From the human T2T-CHM13v2.0 reference genome, Homo sapiens: 64,000 nucleotides of DNA. The position numbers and the translations under genes were made by a program. The stretch lies in NCBI RefSeq assembly GCF_009914755.1, contig NC_060926.1, one strand, 5' to 3'. Of the stretch, positions 41,471-54,045 are shown one piece after another; the stretch's first letter is position 1; every line of letters starts with the position of its first letter. The notes under the pieces are model-generated. The model saw only the letters and a list, made by a program, of their open reading frames with translations, had not been told where the DNA came from and did not search any database.

Positions 41471-42258
41471 CAGTAGTCTCCTTTCAATTCTGTTTTGCTT
41501 TCTGAGGTTTCAGTTACCCGTGGTCAAACGTGGTCCAAAGATATTAAGTGAAAAATTCCATAAATGAATAATTCCTAAGTTTTAAATTGCACATCATTCT
41601 GAGTACTGTGATGAATCTCGTGCCACCCTGCTGCATCCCCCCGGGACGCGAATCACCCCTGTCAGTGCGCGAATCACCCCTGTCAGTGCGCGAATCACCC
41701 CTGTCAGTGCATAACACCCTGTCAGCGCGCGAATCACCCCTCTGTCAGTGCGTGAATAACCGCTGTCTGTGCGTGAATCACCCCCTGTCAGTGCGCGATT
41801 CACCCCTCTGTCAGTGCGCGAATGACCCCTCTGTCAGTGCGCGAATCACCCCTGTCAGCGCGCGAATCACCCGTCAGTGCGCGAATCACCCCTCTGTCAG
41901 TGCATCCAGGCTGCACACCACCCAGTAGTCACTTAGCAACGGTCTCTTTGATCAGATTGACTCTTACAGCGTTGCAGTGCTTGTATTCAAGTCACTCTTA
42001 TCGGATGTAGTCATGTCACATAAGGGCTACTGAAGTGCAAGAGCAGTGATGCTGGTATACAGTAATAATTGTTTTATTATTCATTTCTATTACTAATCTC
42101 TTACTGCACCTAATTCACAAGTTAAACTTTATTGCAGGTATGCATGTATGTAGGAAGAAACATCGTATAGAGCACAGATAGGGTTCCTTACCTCCATGCT
42201 TTCAGCCATTCCCTAAGGGTCTCGGAATGTAACCTCCTTGGAGGAGCGGGGGCTCCCG
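41471..42258. mobile_element. MER44 (Tigger7-derived) element containing an expanded minisatellite
   Basis: Starts ta|cagtagtctcc...ggtttcagttacccgtggtcaaacgtggtccaaag and ends ...gggggctcccg|ta. Confidence 0.85.
41647..41903. repeat. CpG-rich minisatellite, ~21-23-bp unit, ~12 copies
   Basis: Unit GCGCGAATCACCCC(TC)TGTCAGT. Confidence 0.95.
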
Positions 42259-43910
42259 TACAGGAATTAAGGTTTTGTGTGGGGGCTGTTTTGGTCTTTC
42301 TGAAGGCTATTGCTTATATCATTTTTCATGTGGTTTGTGCTGTTTTTTTGTAACCAGAAAAGTTTTCTTTCATTTGCTATATCTGTACCGCATCTCTGAT
42401 GTGCTGCGTGCTTTTTGCGATGTTTTCAGATGGGAAGTTGGCTGGAGTAGGTGCTTTTCTCCAGCGGTCAGTCAGGCATCCACCTAACCCAGGGTGACCC
42501 TCTCAGGATTCCAGGACCGCTATTTCTGGGCATTGCAGTTAACATCCAGCTGCGAAGCAAAGTCTTTTCTGAGCACCATAGCTAGATACATTGTATATGA
42601 GAGAGACTGATGCACATGCTGCCTTTTTAAAATTCATAAGTGGCTGGGAAGATCGTTTTGAATAAGTCACTGAACCTTCCTAAGAATTGGTGTACTTATT
42701 TCTAACATGATTACTGTATCTTTGCGTGATATTATAAAACTTAATTAATTGATGTTTATAAAGCACTTCACATGGAAATATGCAAAACATAATTTTCTTA
42801 CAAGCTTAAATTAATTTTCTAGATAAATTTTCAAAAAAATCTTTTTTGAATTATTTAAAAAACCACTATTGTTAATGAGTTTGAAATATGATATAGAATA
42901 ATACTACAAATGTATTTTTGTTTCTCCTGAAAAAAATCAAGAGAACCTAAGAGAAAGTCAGGTGAAATATTGAATAACATTAGATTAGAGTAGACTTATG
43001 GGGTCATTAAAAGACAATTATTTGTTACCAGAACCTCCAGTTTAATTACACAATTAAGTTTTAGATTGTCTTCATTATGTACATGAACCTTATCACAATT
43101 CTAATTTACCTCATCTCTTTCAGAGCTGGTTCAGCAGCCAGCTTTATTTTAAGTTAAAACCACCAAGATAATTGTGTGGCTTCTGTTGATGACTCTTAAA
43201 TGTTTCGTTTTCCTTAAATACACAACAGTTGCACAAATGGCCTGGGAAGGGACTGGCCTTGGGGGGACCCACTTGATTCCTTTTGAGCTTCTCCAGCTCC
43301 TCTCAGGAGAAGCACCAAGGTCAGAGGCTCCTGGGACTCCTCACCATTTTGGAGCCTCATCCAAATTTATGTTAAAATTCAGCTTTTCCTTAAAATTGTT
43401 ATTCATTCGCTTAAATCCTCTCTGTAGTGTATTCTCAGCCACTGAAGCAAATTACGAATTACAATAAATTCACAAGTGACCTCATATTAAAGTTATTGAA
43501 TGCATTCATTTACAAACTTTCTGAAAGTATCTAACTGATGCCTATTATTCTACTGCTAGTGCTTTGCTTTTAATAAGTGTATTGTGTAATTATAGAAACT
43601 TTATATAAAGTTTGTCAAATCCGATAATTACTAGTTTGCATATTCAAACTCAGATATTCACAAATGAAGTTATATCCTGCTGCTGTGCACGTGGACACGT
43701 AGCTAGCTATTCAGGCTCATGGGAAAGGCCTACTGGCCCTTATCTAACATCGGTGCCCACTTTACTCCAAGTAGTTTTTTATTCAGTTGTGCTTGTCGCG
43801 GGGTCAAGTGTCTTAGGGGTGAGTGTGATAAATGCCGAAGGGTCTTGAAACTGGGAATTCATGAGTGGATAAAACCAACACTCACTCTCCCGTCTTGGAG
43901 GCTGGGTAAC

Positions 43911-44800
43911 TGTGTGTGTTCTGTGGTCTGTGGTGGTGTGTGTATGTGGTGTGTGGTGTGTGTGTGTTTGTGTTTATGTGGTGTATTGTGTGGTGTGTGG
44001 TGTGGTGTGTGTATGTGGTATGGTGTGTGTGCTTGTATATTTGGTGTTTATGCTGTATGTGGTGTGTGGAGTGTGTGTATGTGGTGTGTGGTGTGGTGTG
44101 TGTGTGTGGTGTGTGTGTGTATGTGGCGTGTGTGTGCTTGTGTATTTGGTGTTTATGGTGTATGTGGTGTGGTGTGTGTTTATGTGGTGTATTGTGTGGT
44201 GTGTGTGTTTGTGTGGTGTGTGTATATGTGGTGGTGTGTGTGTGCTTGTGTATTTGGTGTTTATGGTGTATGTGGTGTGTGGTGTGTGTGTTTGTGTGGT
44301 GTGGTGTGTGTGTGGTGGTATGTGTGTGCTTGTGTATTTGGTGTTTATGGTGTATATGGTGTGTGGTGTGTGTGTTTGTGTGGTGTGGTGTGTGTGTGGT
44401 GGTATGTGTGTGCTTGTGTATTTGGTGTTTATGGTGTATATGGTGTGTGGTGTGTGTGTTTGTGTGGTGTGTGTGTGGTGGTATGTGTGTGCTTGTGTAT
44501 TTGGTGTTTATGGTGTATGTGGTGTGTGGTGTGTGTGTGTGGTGTGGTGTGTGTGTGGTGGTGTGTGTGTGCTTGTGTATTTGGTGTTTATGGTGTATGT
44601 GGTGTGTGGTGTGTGTTTATGTGGTGTGTTGTGTGGTGTGTGTGTGTATGTGGTGTGGTGTGTGTGTGGTGGTATGTGTGTGCTTGTGTATTTGGTGTTT
44701 ATGGTGTATATGGTGTGTGGTGTGTGTTTATGTGGTGTGTTGTGTGGTGTGTGTGTTTGGTGTGGTGTGTGTGTATGTGGTGTGTGTGTGCACGAGTGTG
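43911..44800. repeat. ~0.9-kb TG-rich degenerate repeat with a recurring higher-order block
   Basis: (GTG/GT)n with recurring GCTTGTGTATTTGGTGTTTATGGTGTATGTGG. Confidence 0.97.
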
Positions 44801-45852
44801 CATCCATTATCACAGTGTACATTGCAGGACACGTGTCCCGGACAGCAGAACACGTCCCCAGAGTACCTGTTAACCTGGCACTTGCTTTGCTGCCAGCCAT
44901 GGCTGTGATGAAGGTGAAGGTATGTTCCCTGTCACTCAAGCCTCTGCATTTAGTAAAAAGCAAATTGCACCTCAGGAGACAGCACTGGAAATGGTGATTT
45001 AGTTCACAGACAGGGGACCCTTGCCCTGCCTGAACATTTGTGGAAGCGGACTCTGGCCCCACCCAGCACAAGCACCCCACACATCTGTGGAGGGAGGCGG
45101 GCAGCATCAGCCACTGCACCCCCGTCCGTGTCTCCTCAAGCCCGGGAGGAGGTGGATGGGCTCACGGCCGAGCCTTGTGACCTTGCTACCACTTCTGGCA
45201 TTGTTTCTATAGGAAAATCTCCTGACTCTGAAAATCTGGCTTGCATATAAACATCCAGCCTTATAGCCTGCCTGGAGCTGTCAGTTTTGCATTATCAAAA
45301 CCGTAATAAATATTAAGATCATATGGATGTGTTTTAAACGTGTGCCCACCTTACTTATTGGCTTTGGTATGACTACAGTAATGTCCTTCCCGTGGCTCTT
45401 TTTCCAGATACCTGGAGTGAGTGTGGGATTCTCTTCCGCAGCGAAGTGAATTGCACTTGTAGGGGAGTAGTTTACGTGCACCGCCGAGTTTCTCCAAATA
45501 TAAAAGCCCATTTTCATTCCATACTACTAGCACAATATAAATACTATATCCACCATTGTCTTGTGAGCCCTTAGATGAAGTTAATTTCTTCCTTTTGGAA
45601 TTTATTTTGCATTTATTATTCATAAACTTACCTAAATTCTTTCAGCTGAAAACATCGTTGATCAAAGAAACGCTACTGCATGCTTTGGAAGTCAGAAATG
45701 CACCCAACACATTCAGAAGGCCCAGCTTCAGGCTGGGCTGAGTGGCATCTGTGCTGGATGCTTTTTAATTATAATCCCCAAAATTCTACCAAACAGGGGA
45801 ATCCAGAGGCAGTATCTGCAAGGTCCCGCCAAGCATCACTCACAATAACGCC

Positions 45853-46009
45853 GCCTCCCCCGCACAGCGCGTCCCTCCGGGAACTCCCCCCGCCCCCACG
45901 TCAGTGAGCTGGGCGCTCTCCAAGGGCTGCCTCCCCCGCACTGTGCATCCCTCCAGGATCACCCCCGCCCACCCCCGCCCCCACGTCAGTGAGCTGGGCG
46001 CTCTCCAAG
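45853..46009. repeat. GC-rich two-copy tandem duplication (~76-81 bp)
   Basis: CCCCCGCCCCCACGTCAGTGAGCTGGGCGCTCTCCAAG occurs twice, each time preceded by GCCTCCCCCGCAC. Confidence 0.9.
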
Positions 46010-48099
46010 TCCTGCTTCAGTCCCTGTCTCGTGGCTTTGACTGATACGATAAGTAGAGCGCTGGCATTTCCTGATGGTCCCAACACGTCGGCCTACGAAA
46101 GCCAGATGAGCTCCCTTTGCTCACACAGATGCCGTTTGCTACAGAGAACCTGCACATCTATTTTCTAAATTAAGATCAAAAATAGCCAAAAGGCACAAAA
46201 TACAGATATCAAGACAGAAGTGGCCACGGAAGGTGAGTAGCTAAGCTCAGAGGATCCCAGCCTCTGGATTTTCAGTCTTCCATGCACCGCCCACACCTAG
46301 AAGGAAAATTCCTTCTCCAGGGTTTGCAGAGCCTGGCTGCAGCCATGGACAAAGCCGCCGTGGCCTGCTCCTTCCGGGAAAGGCAGGTGACCTGTGGCCT
46401 CCTGCTACTGCTGCCGCCCACGCCCTAACTCCTCAGCCGCATCCCTGCACCAGGCTGGTGGTCACCCTCCGAAGTCACCTCTCACCAATCTTCTTGGCCT
46501 GACCCCTGCTGGGCCCGTGCACACCCAGACCCCTGCCAATCCGGCTGCTTGGGACCGGGGTGCCCACCCCTTTGCCTCCCTTTGGCCAACATGGAGGCTT
46601 CTCAGCCCCGTGGCCCTTGTGCTCATCAGCACTGACAGTCCCTTGGCTGTAAGGTGTCTCTTGTCCACTGCCCAGTTACAAATTAGTCAACGGAGCTGCT
46701 GTGCACCTGCAGGGCATCCAGAGCTGCCTGGACAGGGCCCACAGTCCCCTCCTTCCCAGACCTGCCAGGCTTGTCTGAGGACCGACTGTGTCCAGGACAC
46801 CGTTCACCCTGTCTGCCCCTGGGGCTTTCTGTCCCACACCCTGCACCCCAGCCTGGATGCCCTCTCCTCACCACAGCCTGTGTGTGGCCCTGGCTTCTCT
46901 GTGTCTTCCACAGTTCTCTGTGGACCTCCCTCTCGCATGGGACGTCCTCGGGACCATCACACAGTAGGTATGCCCGGTCATTCGTATCCTGCTCCTGCAG
47001 AAGCTCAGCAACTGTGGAGGCGGCTTTTCCTGAATTAAAGCGAGTCTTGGGCATGGATAACTACCTGGGGAATAAACAGTTAAAGAGCCCGCTGTCTTCT
47101 TTACCTATCCAAATATAAAATAGAGCTGCTGAGAGAAACAGGGCTAGAACATTGGTGCTGCACTGTGGCTGGGAATTATGTTTGACAGCTTTAAACTGAG
47201 TACCTCACGGTAGATATTTGAAAGTCCCCGCAGTGAGCCGCCGACCTGCCGTTGTGAAGAATGATCCTGAGTATTGCTCTTGGTGCCTGTGAGCTCCTGT
47301 GAATCTCCCCCGGAAAGATGCTGGAGTAGGGAGCGGGCTGCAGCTGGCAATTTATTTCTCCAAAAGCCATTATGGCTTAATTTAATTCGATTGGAACTAA
47401 GAGCGCTGGTGGTAATGTTTCTATTTCTGCTCCGTCATTCATTTCAGGGCTAATCTAATCCTTCAGTTAACACCTCCATCCTGGGAAGAGCATGGCCAAA
47501 TTAGCTTTTATTAATTGTTTACATTGTAACGTTCCCTCTCTCTCCAACTTTTAGCTGTTCGGATTCTGGCGGGTGCTGATAGGAAGGCGGCAGCCAGTTG
47601 AACCTGGAAATGTGTGAGAACCACAAGTCCAGCATTTTTCTGGGATGCGAGCTCGGTGATGGCAGGGAGATTCTGTCTTGTTTTTCTTTGGAACCCCAGA
47701 GTCTCCAACGTATCACAGTCAAGCACCCCTCGAAAAACTTACAAAACCACCCAAAAAGAGAATATATTTCTCACCATCTACTTTCCTTTGATGGAGACGC
47801 CAAACCAATTGTTTTTTTAGTTTGCATATGGGGCCCTAAAGGATGTCATGTTTTCTCTGAGTAAGGCAAGATTAAATTGGCCTTATCTTTTAAAATTTCA
47901 CTTAAACATATGTTTATACAAAACAAGTAGAAAGTTAAAGCTGACGTCAACTAAATCACCAATTCTAAATACTGGAACCATATTATATTTCTAAAATAGA
48001 CATTTGTGTTTGTAATTAAAATATTCAGTTTTGTTTATTAATGACAAACATTTATTGCACATAGGCTGTGTGTCAGGTTGTAGGAAACCATATACTTAC

Positions 48100-48594
48100 T
48101 GTATTAGTCAGGGTTCTCTACAGGGACACAATTAATAGGAGATCTATCTATCTATCTCATATTAGTTTTACAACTCTATATAAATATAAATATAACTATA
48201 TAAATATATATATGTATATATGGGAGTTTATTAACTCACACGATCACAAGACCCCACAGTAGGCCATCCCCAAGCTGAGGAGCAAGGAAGCCAGTCCGAG
48301 TCCCAAAGCTGAAGAGCATGAAGTCCCATGTTCAAGGGCAGGAAGCATCCAGCACAGGAGAAAGATGTAGGCTGGGAGGCTAGGCCAATCTAGACTTTTC
48401 ATGTTTTTCTGCCTGGTTTATATTTGCTGGCAGCTGATTAGATGGTGCCCACCCAGATTAAGGGTGGGTCTGCCTTTCCCAGCCCACTGACTCAAATGTT
48501 AATCTCCTTTGCCAACACCCTCATAGAAACATTCAGGATCAATATTTTGCATCCTTCAATCCAATCAAGTTGACACTCAGTATTAACCACCATA
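48100..48594 (-). mobile_element. MLT2A LTR (3' LTR of a HERVL provirus)
   Basis: tgtattagtcagggttctct...caatccaatcaagttgacactcagtattaaccaccata. The adjacent agtccacccctt is the reverse complement of a polypurine tract. Confidence 0.92.
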
Positions 48595-50021
48595 AGTCCA
48601 CCCCTTGTCAACTTGAACCCATATACATCTCCTGAGATTATACATAATCTTCAAATAAAGACAATCATGTCATAATTACACCTAACATAATACAACTTTC
48701 CTTGGTAGGACTGGAAACGCACCAATCCCCAACCCAAATACTATCACACAAAGTTAACAATACTTAAATGCTGACATGAAGGCAATAAATCTAATGTCAC
48801 ATGATAAAGGAAAAAGAAATAAAATGAAGATATTTTCTTAGTACAAGTGTATACATGCACAAGTATGTTTTTAACAAAAGAAGGAGGAAATGCTCATGAC
48901 AATTACAATCCCCATTTCTGCATCTGGTCACATGGTCATAGCTGGTATTAATGACTTCCTTCTTCTAATACCCATTCTGTACTCCTTTTGCCTTCAGCAA
49001 GCACCTCAGCAGGTCGTGTTTTTTTTTCCTGATGGAAAGACCCAAACCTTCATTCCTGAAGGGTCTGGACCATTTGTAGTCCTGCCTGGATTGGGCTGTT
49101 GTGGTTTCCCATTGACCTTAATCATAGGGCATGGTAATACCAAGAAATGCCTGAATGGAGCTCCTGCATTCCTTGCGTACTCTTCCTTACCTCTGTTGTG
49201 GAGTAGTAGACTGATTTCATCTTGATACTCCAGGTCAATCGCCCCAGCCAACACTGTAACTCCTCTCTTAGCCTCTTGACTTAAAGTTAGGAGAAGCCCA
49301 AAGTGTCCAGGTGGCAATCTTAACTTCCAGTTTAATGGAATTGTCCTTGTGTTTCCTGGTGGCAGGGTTCCTCCTTCTGGAACTAAGACCTCTAGGACAG
49401 CAGAACATAATGTCGAGGGAACTGGAAACAGAAATTTTGCTAGGGGATCACTAGGGGTGATAGTGAGTGGTGCCACTTCCTCTTCCACCCCTTGATTCTT
49501 GGACCCGTGAATCCTGGCTATGAGAAAAACAGTACCATATATCAAATGCTGATTCAGAGCATACATGGTCTTCTGGAGAACTTTGCCCCTTCCCTGCAAA
49601 GTATTGTCACCTAGTTGGCATTGTGACTTCAAAAGGCCATTCCACCATTCTGTCAATCCAGCTGTTTCCAGCTGATGGGGAACATGGTAAGACCAGTGAA
49701 TTCCATGAGCATGAGCCTACTGCCACACTTTTTCAGCCATAAAGTGAGTGCCTTGGTCAGAGGCAATGCTGTGTGGAACACCATGACAGTGGATAAGGTA
49801 TTCTGTGAGTCCACGGATGGTAGTCTTGGCAGAAGCATTGCATGCAGGATAGGCAAACCCATATTTAGAGTAAGTGTCCATTCCAGTGAGGACAAACCTC
49901 TGCCCTTTCCATGATGGAAGAGGTCCAATATAATCAACCTGCCACCAGGGAGCTGGCAGATCACCCCGAGGAATGGTGCCATATTGAGGGCTCAGTGTTG
50001 GTCTCTGCTGTGAGCAGATTG
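48595..50021 (-). pseudogene. HERVL internal remnant: integrase core and dUTPase
   Basis: ORFs ...WWQVDYIGPLPSWKGQRFVLTGMDTYS...SIASDQGTHF (rve integrase) and ...IPLNWKLRLPPGHFGLL...VLAGAIDLEYQDEISLLLHN (dUTPase). Disrupted by stops and frameshifts. Confidence 0.92.
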
Positions 50022-50094
50022 CACAGACACACCCAGGATCAACACTTTGCATCCTTCAATCCAATCGAATTGACACTCAATATTAACCATCACA
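50022..50094 (-). mobile_element. First ~73 bp of the 5' MLT2A LTR of the same provirus
   Basis: Near copy of 48522-48594. Outer flank CTTGC matches CTTAC at 48095-48099 as a TSD with one mismatch. Confidence 0.85.
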
Positions 50095-51719
50095 CTTGCT
50101 CTGAAGAACATTCGTCAACAGGTTACCTGAGTGTCACTGTGGCTGTCATGACTTGCTCACTGAAGGAGGCAGACATGCTCCTGTGCACTTCCTCGGCAGG
50201 CTCTTCACTCTTTCAGAATGAGGGGGCTGGTGAGACCAGGTGTGTTCTCCAGGTGGACACACAGCTCAGAGACAAAGCTTGCAGAAGGGCAGGCGTGTTT
50301 GGAAGGAACTCTGGGTTGGGGAGGAGAATATCTTTGCTCACTCTGTGCTTTTCCCGCCGAGGAGTCACAGCTGAGTCACCTGCCCCTCATTCTTCATTCC
50401 TTCCTTCTGTCTAAACAATGAGTGATTGTTATCCACATTTAAGGAATGTTGGAAAGACTTAAAAATTGTGAAAACTTTTGAACAATTTAATTTCTTTAGA
50501 GAAAAGCTGATAATTGGAAATAGAAATAGTCCAACAGGAGGCACCAGGGCCTCTATGGATGCAGCGGGTGCTCCTTTGTCTGAGCCAACCTCGAGTGAAG
50601 TTGGAGGCTGGGTGAGTCCGGCAGCCTTTCCTTCTCACCTCACCTCTGTGCTGCTCTGACTGGTTTCTAAACGTGTTCACCACGTGTCTTGTTCATGGGG
50701 AAGCTGAACTGTGAACATGCCCCTTTATTCGAGAAATGAGCCCCAGCCCACACATTGCTTGGTGCTGCATCTGGTTGAGCAGGGGTGGAGAATAGCAGCA
50801 GGGGGCCCGGAGTGCTCCGTGCAGGTGGCAGAGTGACGGCGGAACGTGCTCCTGATGGTGACGCTGAACGAGGAAACCCTGAATAGCATGCGCCAGACAG
50901 CGAGCACTCGTCATTCTCATTGGAGGGCCGGGGCCACAGGAACAACTTCACGCGCTGACAGCGTGACCTGTTGTTTTCACCCTCTGGCCACCGCTGAAGA
51001 GTCTGCCGTCATGAAAAGGGCCCAAGCAGCATTTCCACTTGAAAATAAGATGCGTCCTTTTCCATCCATGGTTTTGTGGTTGCATTAATGGAAGGAGAAG
51101 CCTTCCCAGCTGTTGACTTTAAGACCCGAGAATGACCACCTCACTCACGCATTCCACACAGCATCGTGATGGACAGCCTGGACCCGGGGTGGAGCACCTG
51201 AGGCGGAGCACCTGGGGCGAGCCCAGCTTCCATCCTGACCACCTGGAACCTCGGACAAGTTTTTAAGAAGTCCTTTGCCTCAGTTTTCTTCTCTAGAAAA
51301 TAGGATAATAGAATTAATCCCCTAGAGTTGTTTTGATATTTATGAGTGATTGGTATTTATACAGCTTAAGATGGTGCCTGGCACATGGTAAATGCCATCC
51401 AACTTGGCTATTTTTACTCAGCAAGTGTTTTTTGGGCGGCACTTATGTTCTAGGCCTTGGAGAACCTACAGTGAACAAAACAGACAATTCTCTGTGCACA
51501 GATCTGACATCATATCTAGACCACTCAGAGCAATGTGTTTCTGGTTGTCTCATTTCTGCTACTTTTCATCAGGCACAAGGTCTGAGATCCAGCAAACACC
51601 ATGTAAATCTCTGAAGGTCTGAAGAAGAAATTTGTATCGCCAAAAACATAAATTTAACTAAGTTAATGGTGCTCAGCTATCCTCCAAGATGGTCCACTTC
51701 CCAAGCTCACCGACAAGCT

Positions 51720-52105
51720 ACAAACACACCACACCCACGCATTCACACACAGAGGCATATACATGGACATGTGCACACATGACACACACATGCATTCACG
51801 TGCACACAGGCCCATGCATGCAGGTATGCACATATACATGAACACACATACATAAGCATACATACACATGGGCACAGCACACACATGAAGATACATACAT
51901 ACATTTTTGTGCACCCTCACAGTTATGCATATGCACTTATATGTATGCCCACACACATGCAGACCAAGGAAAATGTGTGTAAACATGACACACCTCACAC
52001 ACATGTACACATGCACACTCATGCACATTCATGCAGGCATGTATTCACACATGCTCATGCCACACCCACTTTTGTGTACACACTTACACCTATGCACACA
52101 CATGC
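51720..52105. repeat. CA/CATG-rich low-complexity tract
   Basis: Seen directly. Confidence 0.9.
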
Positions 52106-53340
52106 AGCCTTTCCCCTGCCTACTCTTCCATCTCCCCCAGCCCCTGCATTTGCAGGTCATCCCCAGCCACACAAATCTGACTTCAGATTTCTGGTCTACT
52201 CTTACGCCTGATTCCTTTCAGCCTTGGCCTTTGAGATTGTTGATTACTGCTCCTTAATTAGCCTCTATTCCACGATCATCTTGATCATTTTCTGATTTTC
52301 TCACGGCTGTCCTCTGCTCTCTGCCATCATCTCTGCTTGGCTTGAAACTCAAGTGTTGGCATCACCTCTAGCATCTTTACTTCCTGCCACTAGCATTATC
52401 TTCAGAGATCCTAATCAATATCACACCCTTAGATATTCCAAATTAGCAATGATGCCAATCTTTACTTGTCTGCAGCTCATTCTGGAACCTCAGACCCACA
52501 TCCCCAGGTGACTGGGGTCCTGTTCTCACCTTCAAAATGTCTCCTTCTGCCGCCGCCCTTCCCTCATCTTTCCTGGGGCACTGGGTGCTGCGTGCACTCA
52601 GCAGGAGCCTGCTCAGTCTACTCACTGCCCGCATGTGTCTCTCCACAATTTCTCTGACTGCCCCTTCCTCCGTCTCACTCCTGCCACCTGCTCTGTGTCT
52701 ATCACTTGGCAGATCGTACCCTGGAAGCCCATAGCACACTTTGTGCACTGTAGGCAGCACTTAGCAAACACTGACATCCGTGTTTGCTTTGCGTGAACTC
52801 GTGCCTATTTGCACAGAAAATAGTCACGGGCCATACTCAAACCTGTAGCCATGTTTGGAGTAGGACCCTTATTTTAAAAATGTGGTGAAATATACATCAC
52901 ATAAAACGTAACACTTTAAAGTATACAGTGCACAGTCATTGAGGACATTCACAGTGGTGTTCAGCTGTCACCACCATCACCAGAACCCTGTCATCTTGCA
53001 AAGCCGAAGCTCCATTGCCACTAAACACCAGCTCCCCGTGCTCCAACCCCAGCCCATGGTAGCCACTATTCCACTCCCCGTCTCTATGAATCTGAGGACT
53101 GCAGATATTTCGTATGAGCAGACTCGTGCAGTGTCCGTCTGTTTGTGCCTGACTTATTTAACTTAGCATAATGTTTTCAAGGTCATCCCTGTTGTAGCAT
53201 GTCAGAATTTCCTTCCTTTCTAAAGGCGAGTAATATTCCATTGTATGGATATAACATTTTGTTTATCCGTTCATCCTTTGATGGACACTTGAGTTGTTTC
53301 CACCTTTGGGCTGCTGGGAATAATGTTGCTATAAAAATGG

Positions 53341-54045
53341 TGTATTAGTCCATTCTCACATTGCTATAAAGAACTACCTGAGGTTAGGTTATTTATGAAG
53401 AAAAGTGGTTTAATTGACTCACAGTTCCACAGGCTGTACAGGAGGCATGGTTGGGGAGACCTCAGGAAACTTACAATCATGGCAGAAGGCAAAAGGGAAG
53501 AAAGCTGTCTTCACATGGTGGAGAGGGACAGAGAGGGAGCATGAAGGGGAAGTTCTACGTCCTTTTTTTTTTTTTTTTGAGATGAACTTTCACTCTCTCA
53601 CCCAATCTGGAGTGAAGTGGCATGATCTTGGCTTACTGCAACCTCCGGCTCCCAGGTTCCAGCAATTCTTCTACCTCAGCCTCCTGAGTAGCTGGGATTA
53701 TAGACATGCACCACCACACCCAGCTAATTTATGTATTTTTAGTAGAGACGGGGTTTTGCCATGTTGTCCAGACTGGTCTTGAGCTCCTGACCCAAGCAAT
53801 CCACCCACCTTGGCCTCCCAAAGTGCTGGGATTACAGGTGTGAGCCACTGCACCCAGCTGAGAAGTACTGCACACCTTTAAACAACCAGATCTCATGAGA
53901 ACTCTATCACAAGACAGCACTAGGAGGATGGTGCTAAATCATTAGAAACCACCCCCATGATCCAGTCACCCACCAGGCCTTAACTCCAACAGTGGGAAAT
54001 GCAATACATCAGATTCTGGTGTGGACACAGAGCCAAACCATATCA
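53341..54045 (-). mobile_element. MSTA solo LTR nested in L1M
   Basis: tgtattagtccattctcacattgctataaag...gagccaaaccatatca, with ATGG on both flanks. Confidence 0.9.
53563..53858 (-). mobile_element. AluS-type element nested in MSTA
   Basis: Poly-T, then gagatg...ggagtgaagtggcatgatcttggc...caaagtgctgggattacaggtgtgagccactgcacccagc. Confidence 0.92.

Noticed and set aside
43719-45119. ORFs of 203-384 aa, rich in Val/Cys or His/Thr
   Set aside because: They are translations of the TG-rich repeat, which lacks stop codons because of its composition.
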